Shown: positions 26,090 through 35,542, numbered from the stretch's first letter. The stretch is DNA of 49,002 nucleotides from a virus (IMGVR_UViG_3300049142_000071:1-49002); one strand, 5' to 3'. Translations and numbers: made by a program. Notes: generated by a model not told the origin, from the letters alone.

Positions 26090-27418
26090 TCAGGCGGTCA
26101 GGTCGATCTCGACGAACGCGGACGGCTGCAGGATGCCGAAGGCGGCCCGCATCTCGGCGAGGATCGCCACCAGGTTGCGGACGAAGAAGTCCAGGTGGCT
26201 GTCGGTGACCTGGACGGTGGCCTGCTCGCGGTCCCACAGGACGGCCTTGCGGAAGTCACCGACGTAGCCGGTGCCCTGCGGTACGGCCTCGGTCTCGATG
26301 ATCGGCAGGTTCCACAGCGGCTGCGCCGTACCGGTGCCGGACGGGCCGCCGAAGTAGAACCTGGCCTCGTTGTCCTGCAGCAGGTCCAGGGTCTCGAGGT
26401 CCGTCGGGTGCAGCAGGTAGGCGTTGGCGATGCTGCGTCCGATGGTGCGGACCTTGGTCTTGGCCTTGCGCAGGGTGGTGAGCAGGTCGGTGTCCCAGGC
26501 CTGCGCCTGGACGCCGGACACGTTGCCGAGGCCCTCGAAGTTCTCGCCCGTGCCGTCGCCCTGGATCATCTGGTCCTCGAGCTCCTCCTCCAGGCCGTAC
26601 AGGAGGAACGCGTCGATGAGCGTCCTGATCTGCGCGGCGTCGGAGAGGGCCCGCTTGGTGGCCGGCATCCAGTGCGCGATCGTCTTGACCGCCGTGGTGA
26701 TCTTCGCGAGGGCGAGGCCGGATTCCGGCTTGTAGCCGCCGCCCGCGTTGTTCACCAGCGCGCCCGCGCCGCCCGGTGCGGTCGGTGCCGCCGAGCTGGT
26801 CGCCTCCGGGACGGGGGCCGCGTTGTTCGTCACGGAGGTGACGCGCACGTACTCCACCGTGTCCGAGGTGGTGGTGCCCGGGGTGACGACGTCCCGCAGC
26901 CGCAGCGGCCGCTGGAACACGTCCAGGCCCACCTGCAGACCACGCCAGTCGTTCTGGACCAGGGCTCCGCCGGAGGTGTCGGAGCCGCCGGTGACCAGCG
27001 ACTTGACCCCGAACATCTCCGACTGCACGCGCTGCTTGGCGCCGAACTTGCCGTTGGGCGCCTGGGCGAGCAGGTGCTTGTACTCGGCGGACTCGGTGAA
27101 CTGCTGGCCGAGGCTCTTGGCCTTGTCCGGCAGGATGAATCCGGACGCGGTCTGCCGCTGGCCCTTCTCGTCGGTGTTGACGTTGAGGGCGATGTCGTCG
27201 CCGAGCTCGGCGAGCGTACGGCGCAGCTCGTCGTTGCCCTTTAGCTTCTCGATCTCGGCCTTGAGTTGGGTGGCCTTGCCCATGTACTCGCGAAGCTGGG
27301 CGGACTCCTCGGTGGTGAAGTCGCGTTCGCCGTCCTGTTCGGCGGCGAGGGTGATCTCGCGCGCCTTGAGGAGCCATCCCTTGGCTTCCTCGGACAGCTC
27401 CTTGATGGTCTTGGCCAT
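26090..27418 (-). CDS. Major capsid protein, HK97 family
   Basis: N-terminal coiled-coil delta domain, GGALV, QMIQGDG, FFVRNLVAILAEMRAAF; RBS AGGAG upstream of ATG 27418. Confidence 0.95.
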   Translation of the reverse strand: MAKTIKELSEEAKGWLLKAREITLAAEQDGERDFTTEESAQLREYMGKATQLKAEIEKLKGNDELRRTLAELGDDIALNVNTDEKGQRQTASGFILPDKAKSLGQQFTESAEYKHLLAQAPNGKFGAKQRVQSEMFGVKSLVTGGSDTSGGALVQNDWRGLQVGLDVFQRPLRLRDVVTPGTTTSDTVEYVRVTSVTNNAAPVPEATSSAAPTAPGGAGALVNNAGGGYKPESGLALAKITTAVKTIAHWMPATKRALSDAAQIRTLIDAFLLYGLEEELEDQMIQGDGTGENFEGLGNVSGVQAQAWDTDLLTTLRKAKTKVRTIGRSIANAYLLHPTDLETLDLLQDNEARFYFGGPSGTGTAQPLWNLPIIETEAVPQGTGYVGDFRKAVLWDREQATVQVTDSHLDFFVRNLVAILAEMRAAFGILQPSAFVEIDLTA

Positions 27419-27428
27419 GCCGTATCTC

Positions 27429-28340
27429 CTATTCCGTGAGCGCTGCCTCGAGCTCCAGGAGCTCGAGATCGGTTCGCAGACGGGCGGAGACGGATCCGGC
27501 CTTGGCGGCATCCTCGGATGCTTCGCGGGGGCTCGGGGTGGTCTCTTCCTCGGTGCTGCTGGTGGTGTCCTCGGTGGCGGCCTGGGCGGGCGCGGGCTCT
27601 GAGGGCTTGGCGGGCGGCGTGTCGCCGCTGGCCGCCGCAGAGCCGGGCTGGCCGGTCTCCTCCGGGGTGTCGTTCTTCTTCGGGGCGGCCGGGCCACGGG
27701 CCTTGTCGGGCTCCGGGGCAGCGGCGGCCAGGACCTCACCGATCGACTCGTAAGCCGCGGTGAGGGTGTCGAAGTTCTTCTGGGACAGGACGCGGCCGGC
27801 CTTCGCGCCGGCGGCGAGGCCCGCGGCCTTCGCGGCGAGCAGCTCGGTCTCGCGGTTCACGCCGAGCAGGCACGGCCCGACCTCGTGCAGGTCCAGGCGG
27901 CGCAGCTCGTAGTAGCCGCCCCAGGGGTGCTCGTCGTCGGTGATCCAGCCGCCTTCGCCGACGTCGTACGCGAAGGAGAACTGGGTGACCCTGCGGCCCT
28001 TGAGCAGGCGGTAGACCTGCTTCGCGGTCGGGTTGGCGTCCTCGCCGTCGAGGTCGTCGATCTGCCCGGTGACCTCGAGGCCCTGCAGCGTCTCGGTCGC
28101 CTTCAGCACGCGGCCGATGTGGGAGAACGGGTCGCTCCACTGGTGGGCCCAGATGACGGGGATGTCGTCGCCCTTGGCCGCCCACTCCTGCAGGGTCTGC
28201 GTGAAGGCGCCAGGCCTGACGACGTCGCCGTAGCTGTCCTCGTTGTTGAACACGCTGACCAGGGCGACGAACTGTCCCTCGTCCAGGCCGTCGGCGACGC
28301 CTGCCGCCTTGACCTTGGCGGTCACTTCCATCGTGCGCAC
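27429..28340 (-). CDS. Prohead protease, HK97 family
   Basis: SVFNNEDSYGDVVRPGAF, VIWAHQW, QFSFAY, LHEVGP. Confidence 0.92.
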   Translation of the reverse strand: MRTMEVTAKVKAAGVADGLDEGQFVALVSVFNNEDSYGDVVRPGAFTQTLQEWAAKGDDIPVIWAHQWSDPFSHIGRVLKATETLQGLEVTGQIDDLDGEDANPTAKQVYRLLKGRRVTQFSFAYDVGEGGWITDDEHPWGGYYELRRLDLHEVGPCLLGVNRETELLAAKAAGLAAGAKAGRVLSQKNFDTLTAAYESIGEVLAAAAPEPDKARGPAAPKKNDTPEETGQPGSAAASGDTPPAKPSEPAPAQAATEDTTSSTEEETTPSPREASEDAAKAGSVSARLRTDLELLELEAALTE

Positions 28341-28341
28341 G

Positions 28342-28623
28342 TCAGTGCTCCTTCCTGATGAGAGCCGCGCGCAGGGTCGCCTCAGCTCGCCGGTAGCCGT
28401 CCTCGTCGTCGCGGTTCGAGAAGGAGAAGGGTTCGCCCTGGCGGGCGATGAGAAGCTGCCAGCCGGTGACCTCACCGCTCTCTTCGCGCCACAGCGCCAG
28501 AGCCAGGCCGTGCGGGTGGAAGACACAGCGGTTGATCAGCCACAGCAGGCCGGAGTCGATGAGCTCGCTCAGGGGCTGCAACCCGCCCTGGGGTTCGGGG
28601 TAGACGTTGGCGTCCTGGGCCAC
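28342..28623 (-). CDS. Hypothetical protein between portal and protease
   Basis: 93 aa ORF tightly packed between neighbours, RBS GAGGAGG; SGLLWLINRCVFHPHGLALA. Confidence 0.7.
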   Translation of the reverse strand: MAQDANVYPEPQGGLQPLSELIDSGLLWLINRCVFHPHGLALALWREESGEVTGWQLLIARQGEPFSFSNRDDEDGYRRAEATLRAALIRKEH

Positions 28624-28626
28624 AGG

Positions 28627-30567
28627 TCAGCCCTCCTCGTAGTCGAGGTCGCAGTTGCAGTTGACGAGCTCTTCGGTGCGCCCCTGGCCGTCGCCGGGCC
28701 AGCGCAGGCCGTTGGAGAACACGTCGTCCAGGGAGACGGACTCGCCGTCCTGGGCCTTGTGACTGGGCCGCGGGTTCTTTCCGCCGGTCCGCCAGATCTT
28801 CTTTGTGAGACCGGACGCGCTGGCTGCATCGTGGCTGCCGAACGAGCGGGTCTCAGTGGCGGCGGTGCGGGCCCGTGCAGCGGCCGCGGAGCCCCACGCT
28901 GCCGCGGCCGACTGCAGGTCCTCCCGCCAGCCGTCGCCGCCCTCCTCCTGCACCTTGGCGACGGCCGCCCGCCCGGCCTCCTCGTGCTGCGCCGCGTGCG
29001 TCTCGGCGGCAGCGAGGATCCAGGCGAGCATCACCTCGGCTGACCAGTTCTCGGCCTCGGGGTTGTAGACGTCCAGCACGCCCCACGCGCCGACCTGGGC
29101 AAGCCGGTAGCCGTGGTGGGACAGCAGCGCCTGCAGCTGCGCGAGTCGGTCCTCGGAGCCCTTCGCCCACAGCTCGAGGAGGTTCGGCATGCCGTCGTCG
29201 TCGGCCTTCGCGCCGGCGGCCGCCAGGAGGGCGTCGGCCTGCCGCTCGGTGAACGCGACCAGCGTGCTCTCGAGGGCGTCACGTTCGGACGCGAAGGTGC
29301 CGAGCGACGAAGGCCTGCCGGAGGCTTTCCTACGCGGCAGGCCGCCCGCTTTTGGGGCGCCGTCCCCAGGCGCCGGGGCGGTGTCCCGTGGACTGGCGAG
29401 GCCGCCCTCGGTGACGTTCATGGGCACGATCAGCTCGTCGCCGCCCTCCACCCGGGGCAGGTTGTTCCGCGCCCGGATCTCGTTACGCGTCATCCACGGG
29501 CCGCCCGTTGCGGTCGACGCTGCAGCGGCCTGGCTCTCAAAGTCGCCGCGCATCTTCGACTCGACGTTGAACTCGCAGTAGACGTTCCGGTTATCCGGCA
29601 GGTCGGGCAGGATCTGCGCCTCGAACTCCTGCTGCAGATCCACCGTCCAGGGCCCCAACGTGTCCTGGTACAGGTGGGCGTGCTGCTCCTTGATGTTGGA
29701 GTAGGTGGCGTGGTCGAGGATCCCGATCAGCGGCGGCGGGATGTAGTAGGCGGCCGCGGCCTCCTCGCGGGTCAGCTTGCGGGCCTCGATGTACTGGGCC
29801 TGCTCGGGGTTGAAGCCAACCGGCTTGTAGTCCATGCCGTCTTCGAGGATCGGCGTGCCGCCCTCGGCGCCGCCGCCCTGCGAGAACGTTCGCCACATCT
29901 CTCGGAAGCGGCGTCGGTCCTTCGCGTCCCACTCGGGGGCGTCGGCCGGCCGGACGAGGACGCCGGTGAGGCGAGACCCGCCCCTCCACATCTGAGCCCG
30001 GGACTTGGCCGCCTCGGACGACTCGAGGATGAGTTCACGCAGGGACTCGATGGGGGACTCGCCGTAGGTCATATCGGTGGGCGAGTAGCCGTGAATGTGG
30101 ATCACCTCGTCCACCCCGAACTGCCGCCCGCCCGCGGTCTCGTAGTACTCGGGGGCGATCCAGTTCCCGCCGTACGGGCGGATCAGCGTGGGCGGCACAG
30201 GCAGGATCCGCAGCCGCCCGTCGAGCTTCAGCTTGATCCCGAAGAAGTTGTCGTACAGGGCCCTGTCGCTGACGATGCGCTCGATGAACCGGTACTGCGT
30301 CATGCGGGGCAGCGGCTCGGCGAGCAGCTGCGCCAGCGGGTGATCGCGCAGCCGCTCGCGGTCGGTGTCACTGATCCGGCGAAAGACGTGCACGCCGAGC
30401 TGGGCGATGTTCCGCGCGATGAACCCGATGACCGTACGGACCTGCGGCTGCGTGCGCCAGATCGTCTCGTACTCCCACGGCTGCGCCCGGAACGTCGCCG
30501 GCGCGTAGGCGGGCAGTACGCCGGCCCCGGTGGTGGCCAGTTCACCGGAGCTGACCACGAACGCCAT
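28627..30567 (-). CDS. Portal protein (HK97 family) fused in frame to a MuF-like minor head domain
   Basis: HPLAQLL, EVIHIH, GESPI, ILEDGMDY, WMTRNEIR; C-terminal KKIWRT..RPSH..DG..WPGD..VNCNC. Confidence 0.93.
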   Translation of the reverse strand: MAFVVSSGELATTGAGVLPAYAPATFRAQPWEYETIWRTQPQVRTVIGFIARNIAQLGVHVFRRISDTDRERLRDHPLAQLLAEPLPRMTQYRFIERIVSDRALYDNFFGIKLKLDGRLRILPVPPTLIRPYGGNWIAPEYYETAGGRQFGVDEVIHIHGYSPTDMTYGESPIESLRELILESSEAAKSRAQMWRGGSRLTGVLVRPADAPEWDAKDRRRFREMWRTFSQGGGAEGGTPILEDGMDYKPVGFNPEQAQYIEARKLTREEAAAAYYIPPPLIGILDHATYSNIKEQHAHLYQDTLGPWTVDLQQEFEAQILPDLPDNRNVYCEFNVESKMRGDFESQAAAASTATGGPWMTRNEIRARNNLPRVEGGDELIVPMNVTEGGLASPRDTAPAPGDGAPKAGGLPRRKASGRPSSLGTFASERDALESTLVAFTERQADALLAAAGAKADDDGMPNLLELWAKGSEDRLAQLQALLSHHGYRLAQVGAWGVLDVYNPEAENWSAEVMLAWILAAAETHAAQHEEAGRAAVAKVQEEGGDGWREDLQSAAAAWGSAAAARARTAATETRSFGSHDAASASGLTKKIWRTGGKNPRPSHKAQDGESVSLDDVFSNGLRWPGDGQGRTEELVNCNCDLDYEEG

Positions 30568-30788
30568 CAGCCCTCACCGCCCGCCAGGACCTGGATGAAC
30601 TCCACCCGGGCCCGCTCGACGACGACCTCGCCGTCCACCGTCTGCGGGGCGCGGCCGGCCTCGAGGAGCTCGGCGTCCCGCAGGACCAGCAGCGGGCCGC
30701 GCTTGGCCCACAGGATCGCGCGGAACGCCTTGTCGGACAGGTTGACGACGACTCGCTTGCGTACGGCTGTGCGGCGCCACCAGAACAT
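30567..30788 (-). CDS. Small protein between terminase and portal
   Basis: 73 aa, VVVNL...LVLRDAELL...VDGEVVVERARVEFIQV; RBS GGAGG; TGATG coupling. Confidence 0.75.
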   Translation of the reverse strand: MFWWRRTAVRKRVVVNLSDKAFRAILWAKRGPLLVLRDAELLEAGRAPQTVDGEVVVERARVEFIQVLAGGEG

Positions 30789-30816
30789 CCGCGGCCTCCC
30801 CTCGGGTTCGGCCGCG

Positions 30817-32613
30817 CTACACGACCATGATTTCGTCGTCCTCGCCCTCGGCGTACCGGGACTTCCGGCGCGGCGGGCGAGCGAGGATCTCGGACATGGC
30901 GGTCAGCAGGGCGGACACGCCGTCGATCTTGTCGCCGGAGTTCTTCTTGTCCGGCTTGACGTTGCCCGCGGGATCCATGACGACCGCGAGGTTGTCGACG
31001 CACCAGCGGACGACGGGATTGCCGCCGTGCCGCAACACGGTCCGCTCCGGTGTGCCCTGCAGGATGAGCCGCTGCGTCTCCTTCAGCACGGGCGACATGG
31101 TCTGGAAGCCCTGCCGGACCTTGACCAGGTTGGCCCGCTCGGACACCAGATCGTTCGTCAACTGGCTCGCGTTCCACGGGTCGTAGCCGATAGACCGGAC
31201 ACGGAAGGCGTCGCGGTCCTTACGGATCTGCGCCTTGATCCAGTCGTAGTCGGCGACGTTGCCCGGGGTGGCGGTCAGCCACCCCTCCTTGACCCACGTC
31301 GACGCGGCCTTCGCGGTCCGCTTGTCGAGGGACTCGAGGTTGTCCTCCGGCGTCCAGAACCGCCACAGCGCGTCCAGCGTGCCGTCCTCGTCGTTCGGGA
31401 ACAGCCAGCACAGCGCGCACAGGTCGGAGGTCGCGGCGAGGTCAAGGCCGCCCCAGGTCTCGCGGCCCGCGAGGGCCTGCTCGTCGACCATGCCCGCGTT
31501 GCGGTTCCACGCGTCCAGCGGCAGGAACTTCACGTCCTGCCGCGTACGGATCCCGAGGTGCAGCCGCTTGAAGGCGGCCAGATCGGCGGGCGAGGACTCA
31601 GCCTTGCGCGAGGCCTTCGCCAGGTACGCCCTCGTCGGCGAGACGCCGAACCCCGGGTTCGCCGCCCGCCAGGTCGCCTCGGCGTGCGGGTCGGCGTCCT
31701 TGTCCGCGGCGAAGATGACGCCGTACACGCTGTGGTCGACCAGGACCCGGCGGGCCAGCTGCTCGATCCGCCGGCGCTTGTTGTCGTACGGCGTCTCCTT
31801 CTTGCCGGTGTCGGCGGTCGTGATGACCACGCCGAGCGGCTGACGCCGGGAGCCGGTGCCGGACTCCAGCGTCTCGAGCATGTCCGGCGTCTTGTGGATG
31901 TGCAGCTCGTCGCACACGTAGCAGTGCAGGTTCGCACCGTGCTGCGCATCGGCGACGTTCGAGATGACCTGGAAGTACGACCCGGACCGCTGGTGGAGGA
32001 TCTTGTCCTTGAGCGGCTTGACGTGCCCCTTCAGCGCGGGCGCCGAGTCGGCCAGGCGTCGGATCGGGTCGAAGACGAACCGGGCCTGGTCCTTCGTGGT
32101 GGCTGCGGCCAGTACCTCCGCTCCGGGCTCTCCATCGGCGCAGGTCATGTAGATCGCGATGCCGCCGCACAGCGTCGACTTGCCGTTCTTGCGCGGCACA
32201 TCGACGTACAGCTCCTGGACGATCCGCACGTAGCCGCCAGCGGCATCGTCCCAGTGAACCCACCCGAACACCGGGGCGATCACATACCCGACCTGCCACG
32301 GGTCCGGCTTCAGCGGCTGACCGGCCCACTGCCCCTTGGTGTGGCGCAGCTTGGAGAAAGCGCTGATGACCTTGTCGACGCGGGCCGGGTCGAAGACCGC
32401 GCCGGGAGCCTCGCCGGGCGAGGGGGTCTGGAACAGCGGCGGGCAGTCCGGCAGCGGGATCCCGCGCGAGAGCATGTACCAGGCGACCTCGGGAGCGAGC
32501 TTCAGCTCGTCGAGCGTCTCCTGGTCCGGCAGCACGATGTGGTCCGTGCGCGGCGCGGTGCGCGCCTTGCCGGGCTTGCGTGAGCTACGCGAAGGGGTTG
32601 TCGTCCTCGCCAT
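30817..32613 (-). CDS. terL: Terminase large subunit
   Basis: Walker A VPRKNGKST, Walker B VCDELH, nuclease motifs GLDLA, YDPWN, KIDGVSA. Confidence 0.96.
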   Translation of the reverse strand: MARTTTPSRSSRKPGKARTAPRTDHIVLPDQETLDELKLAPEVAWYMLSRGIPLPDCPPLFQTPSPGEAPGAVFDPARVDKVISAFSKLRHTKGQWAGQPLKPDPWQVGYVIAPVFGWVHWDDAAGGYVRIVQELYVDVPRKNGKSTLCGGIAIYMTCADGEPGAEVLAAATTKDQARFVFDPIRRLADSAPALKGHVKPLKDKILHQRSGSYFQVISNVADAQHGANLHCYVCDELHIHKTPDMLETLESGTGSRRQPLGVVITTADTGKKETPYDNKRRRIEQLARRVLVDHSVYGVIFAADKDADPHAEATWRAANPGFGVSPTRAYLAKASRKAESSPADLAAFKRLHLGIRTRQDVKFLPLDAWNRNAGMVDEQALAGRETWGGLDLAATSDLCALCWLFPNDEDGTLDALWRFWTPEDNLESLDKRTAKAASTWVKEGWLTATPGNVADYDWIKAQIRKDRDAFRVRSIGYDPWNASQLTNDLVSERANLVKVRQGFQTMSPVLKETQRLILQGTPERTVLRHGGNPVVRWCVDNLAVVMDPAGNVKPDKKNSGDKIDGVSALLTAMSEILARPPRRKSRYAEGEDDEIMVV

Positions 32614-33064
32614 CGTCGGCCCCTCTCGCCAGGGCCTGCTCGCTCGAGGGGGTCAGGCCGAACTGAGCGGCGTACGCCCGGAGCTCGCGGCCGGCGGACC
32701 GGGCGATCGACACGGCCGGGTGCGGCACGGTCCGCGTCGTCTCGCTGCCGGAAGCGCTGATGGTCGTGACCTCGGACGTGATGCCCTCGCGGGTGACCGT
32801 GCGCGTTGCCGTGACGAACTGGGACCAGGTCTCGCAGTACGCGGCGAGCGTCGCGCGGTCCTCCTCCTTGAGGAGGTCCAGGCGCTGCAGGCCGGGAGCG
32901 ACGCGCTTCCACTCGGCCTTGGCCTCGGCGCTGAGCCACGTCGGTGGGTTCGGTGCGATGCGGCGGAAGGCCGGCCCCGGGTTGACCTTGCGGCCGCCGG
33001 AGTCAGTCCCGTTGCCGCGGCCGCCGATGAGCTTCAGCGCGGCGGGCTGAGCGGTACGCCCCAC
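32585..33064 (-). CDS. terS: Terminase small subunit, P27 family
   Basis: PPTWLSAEAKAEW, LAAYCETW, HPAV, FGLTPSS; RBS AGGAGG upstream of GTG 33064. Confidence 0.92.
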   Translation of the reverse strand: MGRTAQPAALKLIGGRGNGTDSGGRKVNPGPAFRRIAPNPPTWLSAEAKAEWKRVAPGLQRLDLLKEEDRATLAAYCETWSQFVTATRTVTREGITSEVTTISASGSETTRTVPHPAVSIARSAGRELRAYAAQFGLTPSSEQALARGADDGEDDNPFA

Positions 33065-33179
33065 GGCGATCACCTCCTGACCTGCTGTTTCACTCAGCGT
33101 GACGACTCAAGGGGCCCACCGCCCGAAATTTTTTCTGAGACGACGTGCGCCGAGTTGACCGCGCCGGGTCCCCAGCCGA

Positions 33180-33404
33180 TCACTCTGGTGATTTCGACTC
33201 CCCTACCCCCTCAGAAGGCTCCGGGAGGACCCGGAGACCTTCGCCGGACGCCGAGGAAAGGACGACCAGGTCCTCCACGTCGAGGAGCCGACGGCCCGCG
33301 TCCACGACCAGCTCGTGCGCGGTCTCGTACGGGACGCCTCCCTGGGTCAGCTCGGTGTAGTAGCTCGCGAGAGCCTGCGCGGTAGTGATCTTCTTGCTCG
33401 TCAC
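33180..33404 (-). CDS. Hypothetical protein
   Basis: 74 aa ORF between HNH and terS, with AGGAG upstream. Confidence 0.55.
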   Translation of the reverse strand: MTSKKITTAQALASYYTELTQGGVPYETAHELVVDAGRRLLDVEDLVVLSSASGEGLRVLPEPSEGVGESKSPE

Positions 33405-33432
33405 GGCGTGACTCCTGAGGCGTGATGAGGGG

Positions 33433-33837
33433 TCAGCGGGCGCGGCGTCGCCGTGCGTTGGCGCGGGCGGCCTCGAGCTTGCTCTTCTCGTCGTGGCACG
33501 CGGTGCAGGCGAGGCCGAGGTTGTCGAGGGAGCGGCGTGCGCCGCCTTCGCTGATGGGGATGACGTGGTCGAGCTCGTGTGGGTGTGTCGAGCGGTCGTC
33601 CTCGTCGTACAGGTCGGGGTCGACGGGCTCGGCGCCGCACATGTAGCAGCAGCCGTTGTCGCGCAGGGTGACCTTGCGCTTGAGGGTGCGCCACTCGCCT
33701 GAGGTGATGCCGTAGCGCTCGGCCTTGTTGTCGCGTCCTGCCCAGGGGATGCGCTGGTGGTCGTCGCAGCGTGATCCCTTGGTGGCCAGCTCGTGGCACT
33801 CGGGGTCGGTGCAGCGCGAGGGTGGGGCGTACGGCAT
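33433..33837 (-). CDS. HNH endonuclease (packaging-associated, HK97 gp74-like)
   Basis: RDNGCCYMC...ELDHVIPISEGG...DNLGLACTACH; upstream of terS. Confidence 0.92.
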   Translation of the reverse strand: MPYAPPSRCTDPECHELATKGSRCDDHQRIPWAGRDNKAERYGITSGEWRTLKRKVTLRDNGCCYMCGAEPVDPDLYDEDDRSTHPHELDHVIPISEGGARRSLDNLGLACTACHDEKSKLEAARANARRRRAR

Positions 33838-33886
33838 GGGTGTACCTCCCCCGGTATGCCCCGGGGGTGGGTACGCCCGGGGTGGG

Positions 33887-34279
33887 CTACTCCTGGGGAG
33901 CCTCAGCCTTGGTGATCCCTGTGGCCTCGCCGTTGACCATGGTGGCGAAGACGCGAGCTTGGGCTTCCTTGCGCGCGGGGACAGGCACGAGGACGATCCC
34001 TTCCTCGTGCTCGATGGTGATGAAGAGCTGGCTCATGTCCTTCTTGGCCCAGATGGCGAAGATCCCAATGAGGGCGACCCTGGTGGCGGTGATGCGCTTG
34101 CGGGCGGTCTCTCCGGCCTCGATGGTGACGCGGGCGCCCTCGATGGGGATGGGCTGCTGGTTGGGCATGCGGACCTTGCCGCCCATGACGGTGACTCCTG
34201 CAGCTGCAGCGGCTGCAGTGATCTGCCGCTGGCGTGCGGCTGCGGCTTTCTCCTCGGGCGTCTTCTTGCTGCCGAACAT
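33887..34279 (-). CDS. Hypothetical protein (RITATRVALIGIFA motif)
   Basis: RBS AGGAGG upstream of ATG 34279; 130 aa. Confidence 0.7.
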   Translation of the reverse strand: MFGSKKTPEEKAAAARQRQITAAAAAAGVTVMGGKVRMPNQQPIPIEGARVTIEAGETARKRITATRVALIGIFAIWAKKDMSQLFITIEHEEGIVLVPVPARKEAQARVFATMVNGEATGITKAEAPQE

Positions 34280-34458
34280 GCCGGCCCCCTCCTGTGTCGC
34301 GGTTGGGGCCCATGGTTCCACGGGAGTTGGCGAGCAGGGAGGGCGTTGGGTGGCACCCGCCGGGCACAGGCCGAGCGGCTGGCCCCGAGCAATGCACAGC
34401 CGCCACGTAGACCTCCCCAGGTCTTGGCGGGTGCGCGGGCGGGTGCCGGGCAATGACG

Positions 34459-34491
34459 AAGGCCCCGACGACTGGGGGTCGTTGGGGCCTT
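34459..34491. terminator. Hairpin in the putative late-operon leader
   Basis: AAGGCCCCGACGAC-tgggg-GTCGTTGGGGCCTT, 14-bp stem with one imperfect pair. Confidence 0.6.
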
Positions 34492-34565
34492 GATCAATGC
34501 CTGTATGTGAGTCCGTTTTCGGACATGGGTGTGCGCGAAGATCGTGGCCCACGAATCGGCGCACG

Positions 34566-34793
34566 TCAAGCGCTGTTGACCTCGGCGCGGCGGGCGCGGG
34601 TGGAGTTGGGCTTGGGGGCGGTCTTCGCGGCCGTCACGGCGTCCACCGCGTAGAGGGGGTGCCTGTCGCTGCCTGCGGCACGGGTGAGGATGCCGCGGCG
34701 TACCCAGTCGCGGATGGTCGCGGGCTGCACTCCGCAGGCCTGTGCGGCGAGTTCCGTGGTGAGGTAGCCGGGGGGTATGGAGACGTAGCGCAT
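34566..34793 (-). CDS. MerR/Xis-type HTH protein, candidate late regulator (alternative start 34802)
   Basis: YLTTELAAQACGVQPATIRDWVRRGIL...LYAVDAV. Confidence 0.8.
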   Translation of the reverse strand: MRYVSIPPGYLTTELAAQACGVQPATIRDWVRRGILTRAAGSDRHPLYAVDAVTAAKTAPKPNSTRARRAEVNSA

Positions 34794-34822
34794 GTGTTCC
34801 ATGGTGCGGGAGAGCCTTCGAG

Positions 34823-35542
34823 TTACGCGGCGTCCGTTGCGGCGAGCCGTACCCGGGCGGTGTCGGCGATGGTTGGGGACTGCTCGATGCCGAGGAAGGA
34901 GCGGCCCTCGAGGAGGGCGGCCTCGCCTGTGGTGCCGGAGCCGGTGAAGGGGTCCAGGATCAGACCGCCGGGTGGGGCGATCTGGACGAGCTGGCGCATG
35001 ACGGGGAGGGGCTTCTGAGTGATGTGCTGGCGGTTGGCGCCTCGGGGTTGGCTGCCGGTGAGGAAGCCAGGGAGGTAGATCGTTGGCGCGTGGCGGTAGG
35101 GATCGCCGCGGCTGCCCCACAGGACGTACTCGCATTCGCGGCGGAATCCGTTCTTCACGGGTCTGCTGATCGGCTTGTGCCAGGGGATGATGCCGCGCCA
35201 TGTCCAGCCGGCGGCCTGCAAGGCGTCCGAGGTGGCGGGGAGTTGGGCCCAGTCGGTGAAGATGAGGGCGGAGGCTCCGGGCTTGGCGAGGCGGTAGGTG
35301 TCGGCGAGGACCAGGGCGAGCCAGTAGGTGTAGCCGCGCTGGTCGCGGTTGTCGCCGTCGAAGTCGGGGAGTTGGTGCTGGGCGTCGCCGCTGACGTACT
35401 TGCCGCGGGCGGTCTCGGCGCGGCGTGCTGCGTTGGTGCGGCCTCCGCTGTTGTAGGGCGGGTCGCAGATCACGGCGTCGACCGGTGTGCTCAGCGAGCT
35501 CAGGATGGTGAGTGAGTCGCCGGTGTGGAGTGTCCAGGTCAT
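34823..35542 (-). CDS. Orphan DNA methyltransferase, N6-A/N4-C, beta class
   Basis: Catalytic DPPY precedes HITQKP and the SAM motif DPFTGSGTT. Confidence 0.93.
   Translation of the reverse strand: MTWTLHTGDSLTILSSLSTPVDAVICDPPYNSGGRTNAARRAETARGKYVSGDAQHQLPDFDGDNRDQRGYTYWLALVLADTYRLAKPGASALIFTDWAQLPATSDALQAAGWTWRGIIPWHKPISRPVKNGFRRECEYVLWGSRGDPYRHAPTIYLPGFLTGSQPRGANRQHITQKPLPVMRQLVQIAPPGGLILDPFTGSGTTGEAALLEGRSFLGIEQSPTIADTARVRLAATDAA

Noticed and set aside
29113-32583. 1156-aa plus-strand ORF
   Set aside because: Antisense shadow of the portal and terminase genes.
34823-35542. Restriction-modification system
   Set aside because: No cognate restriction endonuclease is adjacent. The HNH gene fits a packaging role.
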